From an uncultured Clostridia bacterium (GTDB taxonomy: Bacteria > Bacillota > Clostridia > Oscillospirales > CAG-272), in contig CAJONA010000005.1 in NCBI GenBank assembly GCA_905235755.1, positions 1 to 30,508 of the forward strand: a DNA stretch of 30,508 bases, read 5' to 3'. The position numbers and the translations under genes were made by a program. Positions 27,361 through 30,508 of the stretch are shown here, piece by piece. Each line of letters begins with the position of its first letter. The first letter of the stretch is position 1. The notes under the pieces are model-generated. The model was not told the origin of the DNA and did no database searches. It was given only the letters and a program-made list of their open reading frames with translations.

Positions 27361-28305
27361 ATGACCAGACATACAGTTGGCAGTCTTTTTGCCGGCATTG
27401 GCGGCATCTGCCTTGGCTTCAAGCAAGCAGGATTTGATATCGTTTGGGCGAACGAATATGATGCCGCCGCTTGTAAAACGTACAGGCGGAATTTCGGAGA
27501 CTCCTATTTAGTGGAATCCGATATTCGAAAGGTTAAGGTCGAATCAATCCCCGATTTTGATGTATTGACCGCAGGTTTTCCGTGTCAGCCGTTTTCTGTC
27601 GCCGGAAAGCAAAGAGGATTTAACGATAAGCGCGGCAATCTGTTCTTTGAGATCACGCGAATCATTGATGCCAAACGACCCAAAGTCATCTTCCTTGAAA
27701 ATGTTGCCAATTTGATGGAGCATGATGAAGGACGAACGTTTCTTGTCATCTTCAATTCATTGGCCCAATTTGGATATACGGTTTACTATAAGGTCATGGC
27801 GGCAAATGAATATGGGAATCTGCCGCAGATTCGGAAGCGTATTTATATCACCGCTATCCGTGATGATTTGTGCATTAATTATAAGCATCCAGAACCGATT
27901 GAATTGACGCTGAAATCAACAGACATTATTCATCGGACCGAGCGACAAAATGATATTTACTACTATAACGGCACCGAACTGTTTTCATATTTTGATAGCC
28001 GGATGAAAGATAGACTCGCCATATACCGCCCAACCGACACGGAAGTTCGGTGGACAAAAAATCAAATGTGTCCGACGCTTACGGCAAATATGGGAACTTA
28101 CCCAAATCGGGTTCCTGTTGTTTGGGACGATTTCGGCATACGGAAACTCACACTCCGCGAGTGCTTGGATTTTCAAGGATTCCAGAAGGAGTATTATTTT
28201 CCGAATACGGTTTCAATGGACGATGCTTATAAACAAATCGGCAATTCCGTTTGTGTGCCTGTAATCCGGCGGATTGCGGAACAGGTCAGACTTGCCTTAG
28301 GGTGA
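27361..28305 (+). CDS. Second DNA cytosine-5 methyltransferase, M.Bsp6I-like scaffold with altered target-recognition region
   Basis: SLFAGIGG, GFPCQPFS, ENV, CPTLTANMGTYPNRVP, RKLTLREC, YKQIGNSVCVPVI. Confidence 0.9.
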   Translation: MTRHTVGSLFAGIGGICLGFKQAGFDIVWANEYDAAACKTYRRNFGDSYLVESDIRKVKVESIPDFDVLTAGFPCQPFSVAGKQRGFNDKRGNLFFEITRIIDAKRPKVIFLENVANLMEHDEGRTFLVIFNSLAQFGYTVYYKVMAANEYGNLPQIRKRIYITAIRDDLCINYKHPEPIELTLKSTDIIHRTERQNDIYYYNGTELFSYFDSRMKDRLAIYRPTDTEVRWTKNQMCPTLTANMGTYPNRVPVVWDDFGIRKLTLRECLDFQGFQKEYYFPNTVSMDDAYKQIGNSVCVPVIRRIAEQVRLALG

Positions 28306-28310
28306 TTTCT

Positions 28311-28742
28311 ATGGCGGATAATCATTCAAAAGAAATACGCAGTATGAATATGTCCCGTATCCGGAGCAAAAACTCAAAACCAGAAGAAACGGTGCGAAAG
28401 TATTTGTTTTCCAAAGGGTTTCGATATAGAAAGAATGTAAATGACCTACCAGGAAAACCGGATATTGTTCTGCCTAAGTATAAAACGGTGATATTTGTCA
28501 ACGGTTGCTTTTGGCACAAGCACGATTGTCCCCGTTTCGTATGGCCGTCTTCCAACAAGGAGTACTGGGTTCCCAAAATTCAGAGGAATGTTGAACGGGA
28601 CATTGAAAACACTCGCCTCCTTGAAGAACAAGGGTGGCAGGTGTTGACTGTCTGGGAATGTCAGCTGAAGCAGGGGGAGTTCGAGAATGCTTTGCTGAAT
28701 CTTGTTGAACAAATAATTGTGAACATATCCAAGAGCAACTAA
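28311..28742 (+). CDS. vsr: Very short patch repair endonuclease
   Basis: RSMNMSRIRSKNSKPE, GKPDIVL, FVNGCFWHKH, YWVPKIQRNVERD, VWEC; start ATG 28311. Confidence 0.93.
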   Translation: MADNHSKEIRSMNMSRIRSKNSKPEETVRKYLFSKGFRYRKNVNDLPGKPDIVLPKYKTVIFVNGCFWHKHDCPRFVWPSSNKEYWVPKIQRNVERDIENTRLLEEQGWQVLTVWECQLKQGEFENALLNLVEQIIVNISKSN

Positions 28743-28771
28743 ACTGTTTGGTTATGATATTCCTTTATGCC

Positions 28772-28811
28772 ACACGGGATTCCCTCTCAGAGAAGGGGTC
28801 CCGTGTTTTTT
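28772..28811 (+). terminator. Terminator between convergent vsr and S8 remnant
   Basis: ACACGGGAT...GTCCCGTGT stem followed by TTTTT. Confidence 0.65.
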
Positions 28812-28862
28812 CGATTTGACTTTTTCGCCCAAAGTTACAGTACTCGGTCGCGCCAAAATTGA

Positions 28863-29330
28863 TTAATCGGCATTTGGAGTGATTACATCTCTAATATGAA
28901 TTTTGTTTACTATTGATTGATAGACATCAATATTGTATTCTGGAGCCATTTCAAATGTAGCAAACAAGGCATATGGAACGGGTTGATTGTCAACTCTTGA
29001 CGCATCGGCACGACAATTAACTTTTATTGTAAGCGAATCTGTTTCATCCCAAACTTCAGTGCTGTCTGCTTCAAACACTTCGTGTTGAAGTGTTCCTCTC
29101 TGAACAACATTATAATCATACTCCGCTCGACCCCCTGAAATATTGTTTCCATTGTTTATTGTGAACCACACTTGATTTTCTCGGTACTTAATTGTTGATG
29201 AACGGACAGGAGAAAAATATGCTAGAGTTACAGTAAGTTTGCGCTTATATTTTTGAGCATGAAAATTAAAAGGAAGTGGAATTGAGAATTCAAATGCCTG
29301 ATCTTGAACAATGTCTCCGTACCCAATTAC
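28863..29330 (-). pseudogene. C-terminal remnant of an S8 (Y4bN/IetS-like) subtilase
   Basis: The frame stays open upstream of the called GTG: VIGYGDIVQDQAFEFSIPLPF...RKLTVTLAYFSPV...KYRENQVWF...VQRGTLQHEVFE...LTIKVNCRADA...PYALFATFE. No catalytic domain; abuts truncated mobC. Confidence 0.7.
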
Positions 29331-29575
29331 GCGGAGCCTCCGGCGTTGAGCTTCTTTGCGATCTGATTGATATTGCGGCCGATGGAGAACAGAGTCTTGT
29401 TCATCTCCTTTAAGTTCGACAGGTCGGTATAGATGATATATCCGTCAATCGCCATCTTGCGAAGGTACGCGCCGTACCTCTGCGTCGGCAGTAGCTTCAT
29501 CTTCTCGTCAATGAGGCGTTTTTCTTCCTCCGTGACCCAAAATTTCGTCTGTATGTTCCGTTTCCGGTTCGCCAT
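29327..29575 (-). pseudogene. mobC: 3'-truncated mobC of a second mobilisable element
   Basis: MANRKRNIQTKFWVTEEEK...YLRKMAIDGYII...SIGRNINQIAKKLNAGGSA*; GGAGG RBS; ends right after the NINQIA motif; no relaxase follows. Confidence 0.8.
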
Positions 29576-29663
29576 AAAACGCCTCCGTTTTTTATAAGGG
29601 TTTGGGGCATCCCAACAAGCATTTTTCATTTTCGGGCAAGGGACCTGAAAATACGGAAAAATC

Positions 29664-29694
29664 GCAAGTGGGTACTCACTTGCTGTGCTTGCTA
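29664..29694 (+). other. Second oriT-like site
   Basis: IR GCAAGTG-N6-CACTTGC followed by TGTGCTTGCTA, the same layout as the oriT at 20635-20663; upstream of the second mobC. Confidence 0.65.
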
Positions 29695-29784
29695 TCGTAA
29701 CTCTTTCGTTCTCTTTCCTTCTACCTATAAAACAATCTGAAAGGGGTAAAATGGCTGATTTTCGCAAAAAATGAGCAAAAAGAA

Positions 29785-29818
29785 AAACGCGGCAAACTCC
29801 AAAAAGTCTGCTGCGTTT
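29785..29818 (+). other. Stem-loop immediately upstream of the group IIC intron insertion site
   Basis: AAACGCGGCAAAC-TCCAAAAA-GTCTGCTGCGTTT, 5 nt before the intron GTGCG start. Confidence 0.7.
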
Positions 29819-29823
29819 CAACG

Positions 29824-30229
29824 GTGCGCTCGGCATGCGCTATCACTTGGCAGTGAAAGTCCGCTACAGACTTGGCAGTAGATTGTCGTAATTCATAAAG
29901 GAACTGTTAGCCAAGGGCAAGGGTGTCCATCGTGAGGTGGAATCTGAAGGAAGCCTACGACAAAACCTCGGTCTGACGAACAGAAACTGCATACAAGGCA
30001 CACTTGAAACGGACGAGTTTCCAATTCAAAACAAAGTCCAATACTGCCCGAATTTCAAGGTGTAGATGCAGCAGATATATGAGGTGAAGGTGGTAACGCT
30101 TACCCGAGGAGGTCTTGCAGGTGCGTAGGAGTAGACGTATTCGAAACGAAACATAGTAACAACGAACTGCAAGAAGTCAGCAGAAGCCATAGTACCAGGG
30201 GGGGAAAAAACTGGGAAGGGCTGAACAAT
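29824..30229 (+). mobile_element. Group IIC intron 5' fragment (domains I-III); no RT ORF, DV or DVI
   Basis: Starts GTGCGCTCGGCATG; contains GTGAAAGTCC, CAAGGGTGTCC...GGAATCTGAAGGAAGC, CGGTCTGACGAAC, CAAAACAAAGTCC, CTTACCCGAGGAGGTCT, AAGTCAGCAGAAGCCATAGTA and GGAAGGGCTGAACAAT, colinear with Bacillaceae IIC introns as I recall them. Confidence 0.88.
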
Positions 30230-30328
30230 CATAAGATGTTCAAACTACCATAAATCTTTTGTGGTATAATATTGTGTTCTAATGTCTGACTAAGTTAAGA
30301 AATCTATAATTACATAGGGTGATGTACA

Positions 30329-30508
30329 ATGAAACTGTTATACGCAGAAGATGAGATCAGTATGTCCGAGGCTGTCGTGGACATATTGGAATACCACAAA
30401 TACATCGTTGATGCTGTTTACGATGGCAGCACCGCATTGGAATATGCAAGAGCGGAACATTATGACGGTATTATTCTCGATATTATGATGCCGAAGAAAA
30501 GCGGCATT
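30329..30508 (+). CDS. Response regulator receiver domain (probably OmpR family), 5' part; runs off the right edge
   Basis: MKLLYAEDEISMSEAVVDILEYHKYIVDAVYDGSTALEYARAEHYDGIILDIMMPKKSGI with AED and LD(IMMP) motifs. Confidence 0.9.
   Translation, partial: MKLLYAEDEISMSEAVVDILEYHKYIVDAVYDGSTALEYARAEHYDGIILDIMMPKKSGI

Larger units (their letters stand above)
18417..30508. mobile_element. Composite genomic island integrated at tRNA-Leu (IME, R-M cargo, decayed second element); right end outside window
   Basis: tRNA 3' fragment at the boundary; serine recombinase, relaxase, two mobC/oriT modules, R-M genes and intron remnant follow. Confidence 0.85.

Noticed and set aside
29576-29836. Long N-terminal extension of mobC (169-aa ORF call)
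   Set aside because: The true start is ATG 29575 with a GGAGG RBS; the extension runs through oriT and the intron boundary

Overview
The window has two parts. Left (1 to ~18.36 kb) is host chromosome, probably of a Clostridia-type Firmicute. It holds the 5' end of a GH38 alpha-mannosidase, two minus-strand redox/detox-type operons (Rrf2-YciI-HdeD; nitroreductase-lipoprotein-PNPOx-SDR-amidohydrolase), a rhodanese-TtcA fusion and a nitrogen-assimilation cluster. That cluster runs asnB and GS type III leftward, and a split GltB, a degenerate GS-I-like gene and an ANTAR protein rightward, with three ANTAR-type attenuators between the divergent promoters. Right (~18.42 kb to the end) is a composite island starting at a displaced tRNA-Leu(CAG) 3' half. 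It contains a mobilisable element (XRE gene, SOS-box promoter, oriT, mobC, MOBP relaxase with an overprinted ORF, large serine recombinase) and a BbvI-like type IIS R-M locus with two m5C methyltransferases and Vsr. It ends with a decayed second element (S8 protease remnant fused to truncated mobC, second oriT), the 5' half of a group IIC intron and the start of a response regulator. The strongest candidates for new biology are the GS-like pseudo-enzyme/pseudo-receiver ANTAR pair with its RNA targets, and the overprinted membrane-anchored ORF inside the relaxase. Family assignments come from motifs and recalled sequences; no database searches were run.
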